DNA of 64,000 nucleotides from Enoplolaimus lenunculus. Its lineage: Eukaryota. Below are positions 35,131-48,492 of the stretch, one piece after another. Below the pieces are notes generated by a model. The model searched no databases, had not been told where the DNA came from, and saw only the letters and a program-made list of their open reading frames with translations. Position 1 is the stretch's first letter; each line of letters starts with the position of its first letter. The position numbers and the translations under genes were made by a program. The stretch spans positions 186,001 to 250,000 of the forward strand of contig JASANG010002365.1 of NCBI GenBank assembly GCA_030248215.1, given 5' to 3'.

Positions 35131-38100
35131 TTACATGTGTCCGGTTGCTGGACTCGAAGTGTCCACATGCCATACACGAATTATATTATCGGAATAACCA
35201 GCGAATAATGTTTGACCATCAGCGGACCACGCTAAACAAGTGCACGTTGGCGTAACAACACGATCTTGTGCGCCAATAACGCCAGGTTTTAACTGATCAA
35301 CCTTATGTTTGTCTTCCAGGTCCTGCAGTCGACAAGTGAATAAATCAATTGGTGAAAAACACTCCGAAAACAGTATTAAGGGCTGTTATAGGGATGACTT
35401 CGAGATCTTTTAAATGCAAACAACCGATATTAGATGCTAAAGTACAACGACTCTAATACTCGCTTCCAATCGGTATACGTATCCTCAGTGGCACCTATCA
35501 CCATTGGTGGCAGTTATAAATATCTTCCGAAGCAGCGAATGGTGAGCGTCAAAATTAATCCAACTGCGCAATCTTTGAAATACATAAACTAGTGATAGGT
35601 GCAACACCGATTTAAGAATAGGGATGTGGTCTTTCTGTTAGCAGTTTTATGAAGTTCACGTTTTAATTATATATTAAATTAAAAATACGTTTAAAAGCTG
35701 TATTGGACAATCAAACTGATAAATTTCCACGTAAACACAAAAATAGAGTTTCTGAGCGCAAACAACTCAAAATTATTACAATATGGAGTCTTCAATCCCC
35801 AAGTGTAATCAAGCGCAGAGGTCTTGTTAGTTGCTGGTCTGGTTTATAAGGTTAAAAGTGAGAGCGGTCAAATCTGCAAGATTTTTGATAAATTAGCATT
35901 GAATTCAAATACCATTAAAGCAAAAATAACACAATGTTCATGCATAGGTACCAGAATTGTTAGCTGGTATACTACGAAAAATTTCACGGAACATGAAAAA
36001 GAAACATACCCATATCATGATCGCAGGACCGACAGCAGCACATAACCAATACCGATTCGGAGAAAACGTGAGCGCGTTAATCTCGTCATAATGATCCAGG
36101 GTATACAAATGTTTGTCTTCATTCAAGTCCCACAACATAGCCTTTCCATCCTAAAAGTAAGCAAAAACACCTTCAAGTTTTGTGCCATTTCTGCGGCGGA
36201 CGTTTTGCAACGTAAACTATACTTCACCTCAATTTTGCCTTGATTACATGCCGCTTTCAACAGTTACCGAAGGAGTATTTTCACAGTGAAATTGTCTTTT
36301 GGCTTATGCACCAACAAATTTAAAATACACAAAATATAAATTAACAGTCCGTTGTTTAATTATGAACAATAACACTGTCTAACCTTGCCACCAGACGCAC
36401 AGAGCGATCCATCAGGTGAAACTGTGACGTGATTAATATATCCCGTATGTCCATAGTGATCTACTTTCAATTTGCAGTTGGTTAAATTCCACACCTAATA
36501 ATACAAAGACCACGATTTAAATTCATGCACCATGTTACAATGACAGCCGCTTAGACAGATGAACTTCGAATATTGGATAAACAAAGAAGGATTATCCAGT
36601 GGAGATATTTAAAACCGAATACAGCCTCCTTTCGGTAAAATACTCATTCAACCTTAATGTAGTTAAAATATGCATTAGGTGAACGCAGAAGTCAAAGCAA
36701 AGACGAGACCACATATTGAATGTTAGTGACAAATAGTTGACGTCGTACATAATTACGTGCAATCGCGCTTCCTACAATTACAGAATCCAAAACAATCGCG
36801 GTTGCCAGGCACTATTAATTGCTGCTCCTGACCGTTGTAGCTAAGGTATACTCCTTAACAGCAAAACATTAAAATAAATACCTTCACCACTTTGTCCCAT
36901 CCAGAAGAAACTATTATTGGATTTGCATTATTTGGCGAGAAACGAACACACGATACCCAGTCGGTGTGGCAATCATCCTAAATAAGCCAATAATTCAAAT
37001 AAACTATCTACAATACAATACAACACTTGCTCCAAACATTACTTTAGCTAGCTTTAAATCTACTGTTTAATTAAATGCAAATGAATAAAATCTTTTTAAA
37101 TATAAAACCAGAACTGGTTCCAACAAATTTTAAGACCGCGTTCTATTAAATATTAGAGATATCCGGATGCCTGGCCCCAGCACCGGAGCCAACACATTAA
37201 TTGCCGAGGCGTAATCAGGGCCAGTTTTATATACAATTTTAATTGATAAGCGTAAACAATAATCCTATTGCGCTCGACCACGTCTGATAAATGTTAAAAT
37301 CACAAAAAATTTCTGTACACCGAATTTTTTATCTCCACAGGGTCTGCTGTACATACAGCACAAAATATGGATTGTTTACTTTCCCACTGCTAGCTACCAT
37401 ATACGTATTACGTACGTCGTAGCTCATGTTAACAATTATCTTTACGTGTTCTAACCAGCGCAGGTCCCGATGCAGCTCTACTAATACTTGTGTAGCAACA
37501 GTAAACAGATTTTACGTACCGCGACACGAATCACTAATTTTGCCAGAACAAAAAACATTAACCAGAACAAAAATTTAAAATAATTTTCATCACCGAATTA
37601 TATACGGCGTTACTTTTTAATCTAACAACTTATCAACAAAATTCAACAAGTTTAAGAGGCAATAATTATTCCGAAATAATTTTTGGAATCAAAATTTTAG
37701 TGATTAAATGTTACGTATGCGTAATTTGTCAGAACATTGTGAAAATTAAGGTTCCTGCATCCTGTGAAACCAAAACAGAAATCGAATTTTTACAGGAATT
37801 CTTTTCGCATAAGGAAACTTGACGATAGAATTAACTTGAACCTTAGCTTCCAGTCATCTAATTCTAAGAAAAGCAACCGCATTGCAACAAATCAAAATGC
37901 AGGGACCTAACCGAAATTTGCCAAAAGCAAGAGCCAGGACCCGGATCCGGAAAGTTTCGGCCAAAAATACCCGGAATATTCGGACCCGGATGCAACTCTA
38001 AAAACAAGGTAAACAATTCGATATGTATTAGTTGCTATATGCAGCTATTATAAAACCTTACTGTAATGGTATATTTGCATTGTGCTAGAGTATTCCACAG

Positions 38101-40258
38101 CTTAATACTTTTGTCACGAGAGCCAGACACAATTTGACGGTTGTCCGCCGAAAATGCAACACTAAGCACGTCTTTAGTATGACTAACAAACTGTCGAGTG
38201 CTTTTCCCTCTGAAAAAAGTTAATGTTCCTCCAGCTATATACCATGTATATCAATAAAATATCTACAAAATGAAACTTTTGCAAGAAAACAAGTTCAAAC
38301 GACTACTATATGCGTGCGAGCATATTCGGCCTGATGCCATCAGTATGTCGAAATTGCATGTATATACAGTTAGGTAATTTTATGGTCAAGAGTAAGCAAA
38401 AAGAGCTGATCGCATAGGACAAAATATACCAGCGCACAGGGCGCGATGCCTTTTTGCACGAATCTACATTTTTAGACGACTTTAAGGATCGTAACACGTA
38501 ATTGGGGCGATTCCAGTTCAAATTGTAAACACTGATGCAATACAAGGTACCCACTCATAATTATTGATGGATTGGTGAAAAAACACAACACACAGGGCCC
38601 AATTACGCATGCACACAATGCACATAGTTGCAAACACCTGCGTAAGAAATTTTATCTACTCTCAGTTCATTCACAAGAGTTCACTAACGATGTTCTGCGG
38701 ATAACTACGTACATTATCTTCGATATAGCGTACACCTACAAAAAACTAACCCCCATTGCTTAATATATACGAACTAAATATACCGGTAAAATACGGTTTG
38801 CAAAGTTTGAAACGTACTGATTTAAATCCCATAACCGTAACGTTTTGTCCCATGATCCGGACAACGCGTACTGGCCATCGGTTGACAGCACAACATCTGT
38901 TACGAAGTGTCCGTGGCCACGAAGCGCACGCTGTGGCGTTCCATACAATACATTTTGCTGGGCACCATCGCTCATATCACCGCGCGTAAGTTTCCACATA
39001 ATGATTGTTTTATCTAAAATTGGACTCCAATTTGAGGGAAAGATTTCAAATCTTAATCATTCAGACTGGCAAATTCTAGTCGCATAATATCAATATTTTC
39101 GGTGATCTAATAGCAAAAATAAATTACATATATTGCTTACAGGGTGCAACCGGAATTCCGGTTCCGGCATTTTTCGCCTTCCGGTTATCGTAATTTCTTA
39201 CCGGAGTTAAAAAGTGCAGTATTAAACTTTGTTCGGCGGATATACAGATATTTTACTAAAAAATGAAATTAAACAATTTCAGTTGTTATACTTTTCAGCA
39301 ATACATATCCGGTGATGTAGTATTCCCGAGCCGGATGTTGATTTTTGCCGGAGGTTAATAACATATTACCAGGGTGCGACTGGATAATTAATTTAGTGGC
39401 AATTTTTCAAAATTACCACTGTTAACTTTACCATAACACAAATTTTCAATCCACGACATGTGAAAGGGTAGATAGCCAGGGTGCGACCGGATGTCCGGTT
39501 CCGGTGTAATATCCGGCAAAAAATATCCGTATTCGATCCCAGTATAAACCTACCGGATATTTAAGGTAGCAGAGTCGAATATCATAAAACTGCTTTTTAC
39601 TGTAAGCGTCTTTAACATCTTTCTGATTACATTTCTGGACAAGTCAAAAGGTTCAAGTTTTGACACGTTTCAGTTACTTTTAAGTTATGTAAGCAAGCGA
39701 GAGTCATACGCATTTTTGTATTAAATAATTTCAGTTTATCAGCAGCAATTATGAAGTTTCTAGCGAACGAAAAGCTTGATTTTAACATATACAATAGCCG
39801 GTTCCTGTCCCGGTAAAAAACCGTATCCGGTTCCAGGAAATTAATATGCGGTCGCACCCTTGGAATAGCGTAAATTTTGTTCTTATATAGATATTTATAC
39901 ATAAACATACGTAAATTGTTATCTCTGTAGATCTTAAGTTCAGTTTTATATCTTACAATTAATCACTAACAATTCGCAAAACTCAAATCACTCACATTTT
40001 TGATACCGGTACATACGACGTGTATACTGCACAACTTCAGATTAATGTCAACTGTTTACATATATACGTATACGTACGTACAATAAACTAGTAGGCATGC
40101 TTTTTGCAAAACAAGCTTAGATCAACCTATATATACTGCAGCTGCTTACCTCTAGATGCTGACAGAATCATGTCTGGGTACCGTAGAGTGGTCGCAATTT
40201 GAGTTATCCATCCGTTATGCCCTTTCAGCAACCCTTTATACGTCATCAGCTCATCCAT
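35131..40258 (-). CDS. RACK1: Receptor of activated protein C kinase 1 (RACK1/GNB2L1), WD40 ribosomal scaffold; 7 exons, ~330 aa
   Basis: Minus-strand exons 40258-40150, 39013-38818, 38209-38062, 36977-36882, 36494-36384, 36150-36010, 35322-35131 (993 nt). Translation includes [13 protein letters not shown]...ILSASRDKTIIMW...[32 protein letters not shown]...[23 protein letters not shown]...[14 protein letters not shown]...[11 protein letters not shown]...[12 protein letters not shown]. Confidence 0.97.
39477..39861. mobile_element. hAT-like element in RACK1 intron 1
   Basis: CAGGGTGCGACCGGAT ... GCGGTCGCACCCT, related to 28864-29417. Partial copies at ~39139 and ~39370. Confidence 0.65.
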
Positions 40259-43200
40259 ACTTTTTGTAATATATATGTACCGTATATATAAAAATATAAA
40301 CTAATATATACTCTCTAATACGTATACAAAACAAGCTACTTTAGTCAAAGTGCCAAAAACAGCGACAACGAACCAAACCTTTCTGATATTTAAACCAAAT
40401 TTCAAATGAGGTCTTTCTGACCAAGTTCATATCGACCTGTCAGTTTCAATACCTATATAAGTGACTAGAAAAACTTGTTTCCGTAACGGCAATTTCAACG
40501 TCTGTCTACAATTAAAAACTATGTATGCTATTGTGATTCTTTAAAATATACCATATCTACAGTCCGCACTAACGTTCTACCACAGGAATTCAGGCGAATT
40601 TCTTTTCCACATGTTACTAACGCTGGCACGTTTTCTTATCAATAGGTCCGTGCTAATGGCTCCGTAGTTGAATGAGCAACAGGAAAATTAGCGGGTGCCG
40701 GAATTTTATCAGAGCATTTGTAAGGTCAGTCCATCTCGATCATTAGGAGAGTATGTCTCAGTTTTCATACAGAAATCTTCGTGATCAAAACAAGCCCTGA
40801 AGAACTATTAGAAAGGAACATTGTTGAGAAGCGAATATTATTATATCACACGGTCAGGCAGCATTGAAAGGTCTACGTAGTATTAAAATTAAATCGAAAA
40901 CTGTAAATTAGTATCGATTAGCAACAAATGACTTTCAGAATCTAATTGGTTTTATTAGTGTGGCTTCCGGGTCAATTTAATATAACCGGTTCCGAGTAAC
41001 TTACGATTTAGCGGAAGAATTAGGCGTGGACAATATAGAAGAGTTATAGAATGAGAATTGACATTGCCAATATGTAAGTGATACATCAGTACACGCACAG
41101 GCTGTGTCTACCGTAAGCTCTGATACGGTGAGCAGCACGCTGTTTGGGGATATTTCCCGGCCAGGCATAGCAAGGGCCTGCGGTGGCGGAATGGCAACCG
41201 CAGCAAGGTCCATCATCGTCAATGTCGAATTTGGACGTTAGTGCGATTTTATCGGAAGTCCACTCTTCTCGTGCTACCGTTGATTAGTTACAGGAAGAAC
41301 TCAAACGAGTCCGAGAGTGTGCGAGGAACAGCTCCGTAGGAAGAAGGAAGACGTACGACGTCGTGAAGGTGACAACTGCATCAATTTGGTTACACCAGAT
41401 GTGAGCACTGCTGTGTCATATCCTTAAGCGAACACTCTACCACTGCGCCACGCAGCCCGCCTATCCAACTGCTGTTACAGTCAACTATCTATGTCGACCG
41501 CATGCTGCCGGCTAGCATACATACAGTGCACTGCAATATTTTACTGTAGAAATCGTATAAGTATGCTAAAAACGTACCAAGCACTTGTACATTCTCCAGT
41601 AACTTACATTGTATGTGCACATAACGGACAAATATGTAAAGCATAAATTGTCATTCATGTGAACATATGCCAGAATATGAAGTGGCTGCAATCGAACACA
41701 TAGTGTTGTGTAGCATGCCTGACGCGAGTGCAAGAGGGCCGAAACTCGATTCCGGACGAGTTCCTTAACTCTGGACTGTGTTGTTCCAACAGTCACACTG
41801 AAGCAATATTGTCTGAAAAAATAACTAATAATTTGCAGACATATGGCTTAAAGTAAACTAAGCTTGTGTTAATATTAACTTCACTTCACCTGATGTGAAT
41901 TAAACACTACATCAATAATTCGATTGGCGGGCACTTATATAATTGATCGAACGCTTTTAAAGACAATGCCAATCACAATACTAACACTAGCTAAGTGACT
42001 AATGTTTACAAAACTTGTGCCAAGTACAGAACTCTATAAAACTGAAGGATTTATTTTTTGCATAGTGTAACCGGACCGCCGGTTCCAGTAAAACTCGGTG
42101 TTCGTTTCTGTTTTGTTATAAAAATTCCGCACATACCGTTACTTTTATGTTCGAAATAGTTATTAATCACTTATATATCTCGCAATTATTCATGACATAT
42201 ATGCTGTAATTGCTTGAAACGAAATATAGAATGACGAAATTCAGTCAAAATCTTAAAACATTCGGTGCACTCACCATTCTTTTTTTAAAATTTAGATAGT
42301 TCGGTGAATATTCGCTTCCCACAATTCTGTTGGCAGAAAAACAAAACATCATTGATTTCCCTGTGTGCCTCCAGCGTCAGTTTTTTCAAGAACATTTGTA
42401 ACATTTTCGTGACACGATTTGTCCAATGTTGATTCGATGTCAACGTTAAAATTCTAGACCTCATATTTCTGTGAACAGACAAAACTCGCATGTCATATGA
42501 CATTTTCTTACAAACCACCGCTCTCACAGAAGATCAATTTGTACAAGAGTCGGTATGTCATTAATAGTATCATATGATATTCCAAAATTACAACGAATCT
42601 CATATGATATTCAGCGGAGAGTGTAATTTTCGGATGCTAATAAATTAATGGAAAGTTGGACGGCAGAGACACAGCTGTGCTTAATAACAAATACACGTCT
42701 GCAAATACTTTTCCGACACAAAACCGCTTAGAAAACCAGTGTCTCAAAAACTCAAATGTCAAATTCTAGTATCATATGATATTCAACAGGACAATTTGGG
42801 ATTGTTGCCTCAAGTATGCAGGCATTTTAAAATATATCATATGATTCGTTGACAATACGTCGAATATCATATGATATTGAAGGACAAAAGGTGACCTACA
42901 CATTTTGATAGCAGACAAATACGACTTTTTGAACATGACATATAGTTTATTAGCAGACAAAATGTTACCCAATAGGCTAATAGGGACAAAACGTGTCCCA
43001 TGCTGCCCCGGTTGTAACGTGAACCCCACATTAGGTTAAATAAGTTTATAGGCTTAGGAATTCATTTTCGCAACGCTTACGCTTAGGCTTACGGATACGC
43101 TTAATCTGCAGTTACGCCCCTTAAAGCAACATTGGCCGTTGCAAGTTTTATAACCGAGACGGTTGCTCTGAAAAATTTCCAACAGGCCCGGGATCAAAAA

Positions 43201-44232
43201 CTAGAACGCATGTTTTACACACAATATAATACATACAAAATCGTCATTTTAATGACATGCCATTGTCCGCTGCAAATACATATGAAGTTTTGTTTGTATC
43301 TTGGCTGGCATGATAATGATAGCGAAAATAGAAAATTTTTGGAAAACAAAATGTGAAAAATTGTATAAACTCGCTCGTATGGAGTGTGTACAAAGCTTTA
43401 AATTTAAGTTTTCAGACCACTGATGGATCCTGAAGTTGCTCATGGAACTTTTACGGCTGTAAATTGATTGTGCATATTAGTGTGTTGAGCAGTCAAGATT
43501 CTGGTTTGGTGTAGGACCGCATTTGTGTCTCGAAATAAATTATCAGACATTGTGACCGTGTTTTTGGTCAATATTTAGGGCCGTAAGCCTTAAAAGCCAA
43601 AGCCTACAGGGGAACTTGTAGTCCACAATAAATGCCTACTCGTTTAATACAAACTCACTAGAAACCGGGCCGGTCCTAAACCTTAACATGGACTGCTTTT
43701 TGGTCCTCGTTGGACTACATTCCTGGATGTTGGCGAAAACGAAAAGAATTGGGCAAGGAAAAATTCAAATGATAGGAAAACCATTTATATGCTAAATTCA
43801 GTTGTCGTTAGCTTCGATTTGTATATTTACTTAAAAATACGTCAAACTCCTATGATTATTGCTTTCGTATCTCCTTGCGTTTCCGTCAGGCTGCAACCAA
43901 CGGTGAAGAACCGCAACCGGAAGTTGATTAAGCTGTCCGTAGAACAAAACATGGCTAAAAGTGGACAAAATATTTCGTATCTTGAAATAAACAAAATTTC
44001 GTGGATAAGAGTCATAAATTCGCAACTTGAATCTGCCTGCATTGCTAGAATTAAATCACAAGCCTTTTTTACAAAAACAACAAATAAAAGCACAAACGGT
44101 GTTTACGTCACAGACACATGCAACCCATGAAAAATTTAATGTGTCGCTATACTGTAAAAACAGGCCACATCATTTGTTGCAGTGGCGGTACAAAGCAATA
44201 TTGTTCTTATGAGGATAAAAAAAGAGTTCCTT

Positions 44233-44559
44233 GGGACAGTCTGTATATCGCTAAACATATCTACGACATTTCGTCCTTGACATCTCGTCAACCCCGACAA
44301 CATATCGACCCGGCAACTCGTCGATCCCGAGAAGTTGTCGCCCAGATAAGTCACCGGTCGATTTTTCGTGCCTATTTTCTCAGGCGACAAGTTGTCGGTG
44401 TTGAACAGATGTCGCGCAGTAAGCTGTCGGGATCGACGAGTTGTCGGGCCGACAAATTGTCGAGTTGACAAGTTGTCGAGGACGGCGTAATGTCTGTCAA
44501 CGAATTGTTTGTATAAGAGTTGTCGGGCGACCGCTTGTCGCACCTCGCTACAGAGTCCC
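44233..44559. repeat. Foldback-like element with periodic CGACA / TTGTCG subrepeats
   Basis: CGACA motifs at ~16-17-bp spacing on the left and TTGTCG motifs on the right; imperfect ends GGGAC..TCTGTA / TACAGAGTCCC. Confidence 0.5.
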
Positions 44560-44627
44560 TTCGGGCAGTCTCTGTATTATGTAAAAAGCGCAATCCCTTC
44601 AGCCAGACTCAGGACAAAACAGCTCCA

Positions 44628-44827
44628 CACTGCAAAAAATGGTGAGTGAGGTTGACTCTCTCCGAAATACGCTTTCCTGATCTACACAAACTGAGTCAAA
44701 ATTAAACTCCGCCTAAGTCAAATTCGGCTCAATTTGATTCTGAAGGAGTCGGATTTTGGCTCATATTGTGTAGTCAGAAAAAACCTATTTCGGAGAAAGT
44801 CAATTTGACTCACCATTTTTTGCAGTG
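44628..44827. mobile_element. Family C MITE
   Basis: CACTGCAAAAAATGG ... CCATTTTTTGCAGTG. Confidence 0.85.
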
Positions 44828-45080
44828 TACATTCCTAAGTATAACAGTGCATTATCGCAAACTGTTGACACAAGAGAAATAAAAATTTTAATTCAACGGA
44901 TAGTTGCAATACTGGATATGTACAAGTAACGAAGAGCGGCGGAGAGCGGGTTAAAAATAAATAACAGTCCGTAACCGAATAACAAGGGGGTACCCTCTGA
45001 AGTTGCCAAATAAGTATCAGTCCCCCTCTCATTCGGGTTACCACACTGCGCCGTTCAGAGGATCTGGCAGTTGTCTGGTG

Positions 45081-45288
45081 CACTCTAAAAAATGGTTAGT
45101 CAAATTGACTCTCTGCAAATAGGTTCTACGGGACTACTTACACAGATATGACTCAAATTCGACTTCGCCAGAGTCAAACTAAAGACTCGGGGGAGCCGAA
45201 TTGGACTCTGACGGAGTCGAGTTTGACTCAGTTTGCGTGAAAAACTTGTTTTGCAGAGAGTCAGTTTGACTCACCATTTTTTGCAGTG
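45081..45288. mobile_element. Family C MITE
   Basis: CACTCTAAAAAATGG ... CCATTTTTTGCAGTG. Confidence 0.8.
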
Positions 45289-45469
45289 TTGGTGTAAACT
45301 GGATGTGGGTGACTTTTGGATATCCAATTTGGAAACACTGCAATTACGAACTTAGGGACTCGAATGTGGGTACGATTTTTTACAGTAGCATAGACAGTAC
45401 CGTGGAATGACCCATTACATTTATGCACAGGAATGCGTTAATACGAAGAGCCTTAAATTCAAAAGCCAA

Positions 45470-46030
45470 AACTAAGCGTAAGAATGAACATATTCCTAAG
45501 CCTAAGCCTAAGCCAAAGTCTAAGCCAAGCAAAAAATTAGTCTAAAGCTTAAGATTGCTCTTTTCTACACTGCAAAAAATTGTGAGTCAAGTTTTCTCTG
45601 TCCGAAGCAGGCGCTACGGGACTACACAAACTGAGTCATATTCGACCACCTGTCGAGTCGCTCGTTTGACTCTGGTGTAGTCGAATTTGACTCAGTTTGT
45701 GTATAGTCCCGTACACTGTAAATTTCAGTGAGTTAATTTTAACTCAGAATGAGTTAAGACACTCAGTCTGAGTTAGGACTATCATAACTCAGAATTTTCA
45801 GTTGATTTATTTTATTCTGAGTTAATTAATCAACTCATCCAGAGTCAATTCAACTCAGAGTGAGAATTAACTCAACTGAGAGTGAGTTAAAGTTTACTGA
45901 TATTAATTCAGAAATAACCAACTCACTAGCTGAATTTATTAATCAATTCATTCGAATTTACAGTTATAGAGTCTATTTCGGAGAGAGTCAATTTGACTCA
46001 ACATTTTTTGTATATAATGTAGTCCCACCG
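45470..46030. mobile_element. Nested MITEs: family D (45714-45965) inside family C (45568-~46020) inside a family A remnant
   Basis: Family A interior breaks at CTTTTCTA and resumes as TAGTCCCAC. Family C breaks at GTCCCGTA and resumes at CTATTTCGGAGAGAG. Confidence 0.75.
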
Positions 46031-46453
46031 AACGACATCAGCTTGTATTAAATACTAGTTTTTTTAAACTTTTTGACAAATTCAAATTTCAAAAGACAAC
46101 CATTATAATTCACAGATTTGGGTTGAGACATTGTTGGGATTTTCAAAATTGCAGCTGTTCTTTATGCTGGCTAGCAAATAAAACCCGTCTAAGTACTCTT
46201 CCAGAGTTCAAGGGCAGTTATTGACGCTAAATTTCAAGGTAAAAAGTTTACGCGCTTGTCCTACAGAATACAAATATTGAATCAGTTGTCAACGAAAATT
46301 TTAAAATTTTGATACAACCGTCTACGGATATAAGAGCACATAAATTTACATGGGTTGAAAAGGTTCTCATCGTACGGTTTCGTAACCAACGAGGGCTCAG
46401 CCGTTACCCTAAAGAAATTTTGGCTCCCAGAAAGCTTTAGCCCTGTTTGTATA

Positions 46454-46705
46454 CACTGTAAATTTTAGTGAGTTTATTTTAACTCAGAATGAGTTGAATC
46501 ACTCAGTCTGAGTTAGGACAATCAGAACTCACAGTTTTGAGTTGATTCAATTCATTCTGAGTTAATTAATCAACTCACCCAGAGTCAACTCAACTCACAG
46601 TGAGAATCAAGTCAACTCAAAGTGAGTTAAAGTGTTCTGTTATTAACTCAGAAATAACTAACTTTCCGTCTGAGTTAATTAATTAACTCATTGGAATTTA
46701 CAGTG
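46454..46705. mobile_element. Family D MITE
   Basis: TA|CACTGTAAATT ... AATTTACAGTG|TA. Confidence 0.85.
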
Positions 46706-47432
46706 TAAGCTAGTTTTATGTAGGGCCACTCCCCAAATTATTTTGCCCCCTACAAGCATTGTAAATTCCATTGAGTTGATTTAATCAATTCTGGAGTTAG
46801 CTAATTCTGGTTGAGTTAATAACAGTGAATCAGAACTTAGAATTCTGAATTGATTACTCATTCTGAGTTAAAATCAACTCACTTGAATTGTGGGGTTGAG
46901 CTGGTGGCCGCGGGCGTGAGGGTTGATGTTTTGGACTACGCCATGCAGTGCCAGCGCCGTAAATTGTTGAGAGTGAAAATACAGCAATTGATCATTTTCT
47001 GAATCATATTTGTGGTTTGGTTTTGATATATGTTGGGGACCTGACTGATCGCCCCCACTTAAATCCGCAATTCCCACCGTTGTTCAGCATAGTTGCATCA
47101 TTTTTTCTTTACGCGTCCTATAGACTTTTCAGTTTACAAACCCGGATACACAACAAAATTTGTAAGCAAAATTGCATTTGTTATAAACATTTCTAAAAAC
47201 ACAAACCTAAGCCTTCACTGTAAATTCCAGTGAGTTTTATTTTAATTCAGAATGAGTTGAATCTTGAAGTAGGACTCTCAAAACTCACAATTCTGAGTTG
47301 ATTCAACTCATGTTGATTTAATTCATCAGCCCCTTAAAAAAAAAAAAAAAACGGGAAAAAACCCGAAAACTCCCCCAAGCCAAAACCCCAAAAAACCACT
47401 CCCCCCCCCCCCCACCGAACCCACCCCTCTAT

Positions 47433-47630
47433 GGCCGATGTATAGAACAGGGCCGGATCGTTTTCCGAAGGTGCTATAATAGAGTCAGTTTAATCTTTAG
47501 TCTAATTTTTTGCTTAGGCTTTCATCCATACGCTTAGGCTTAGGCTTAAGAATAGGCTCATCCATACGCTTAGGCTTAGCCTTAGGAATATGCTTATACT
47601 ACTGTCCCGGCCCTGTTCTATACACTGGCC
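47433..47630. mobile_element. Family A MITE
   Basis: GGCCGATGTATAGAACAGGGCCGG ... CCGGCCCTGTTCTATACACTGGCC. Interior matches 239-633 with a shorter array. Confidence 0.85.
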
Positions 47631-47964
47631 TTGATCTCTTACAATTTTTTCAAATGATTTTTAAACAACCGTTGTTAATATAGCAACTTTACAGTTTTTA
47701 ACGTATCCGTTTTTAGTATTTACTGAAAAATTGACTATTTTTTCTAAATTGCCTTAGCGCTGGCGTCTTAGAAAAAACTGCATCCGCCTGTTTTTATGTC
47801 AAATTTTTAACTTTTCTTTCGTACTTAAAGCTTAGAGAAAAAACCACTATTAAAGACGCATACATAAATACTTAAGTACTTGTAGTGAATTTTATATCTT
47901 TTCTTTTTAAAATTTATTGGTTTACAGTTGTTAGAAATTTGGTTATTGTGCACAATCGCCTCTA

Positions 47965-48185
47965 CGCTGCAAAAAATGGTGAGTCAAATTGACTCTCCCC
48001 GAAATAGGCTTTTCCGGACTCACAAAGTGAATCAAAATTCGACTCCGCCAGAGTCCAAATTTGACTCACTGAGCGACTCATTAAGTCGAATTCGACTCCG
48101 GCGGAGTCAAATTTTGACTCAGTTTGTGTAGTCCAGAAAAGCCTATTTCGGAGGGAGTCAATTTGACTCACCATTTTTTGCAGTG
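47965..48185. mobile_element. Family C MITE
   Basis: TA|CGCTGCAAAAAATGG ... CCATTTTTTGCAGTG|TA, near-perfect palindrome. Confidence 0.85.
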
Positions 48186-48492
48186 TACGTTAAGTAAATT
48201 TAAGGCTTGCATGCACGCCCCATGTTATAGTATATATTCAAAAAGTTCAATGCTGTGTAAATGGTTTGTTTGGTACGCAGGAACCATCTATTATAGGATG
48301 GACTTTAAATACATTTTCCGAGTCTGGCCATTTTACAGACTTTAATTACACCGCGCAAAAAATGATGATTCTAATTGACTTTCTCCGAAATAGGCTTTTC
48401 GTCGTACGCAGGAATCATCTACAATAGAAATGGACTTTAAATACATTTTTTGACTCTATCCATCTTACAGACTCTAATTAGGGATAAGAATA

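Noticed and set aside
37510..37595. C/D snoRNA in RACK1 intron 3 (GTGATGA on the minus strand)
   Set aside because: No CTGA D box at a suitable distance and no terminal stem.
41716..41750. Hammerhead ribozyme (CTGACG...CGAAAC)
   Set aside because: Core reads CTGACGC rather than CUGANGA, and no convincing stems or cleavage triplet were found.
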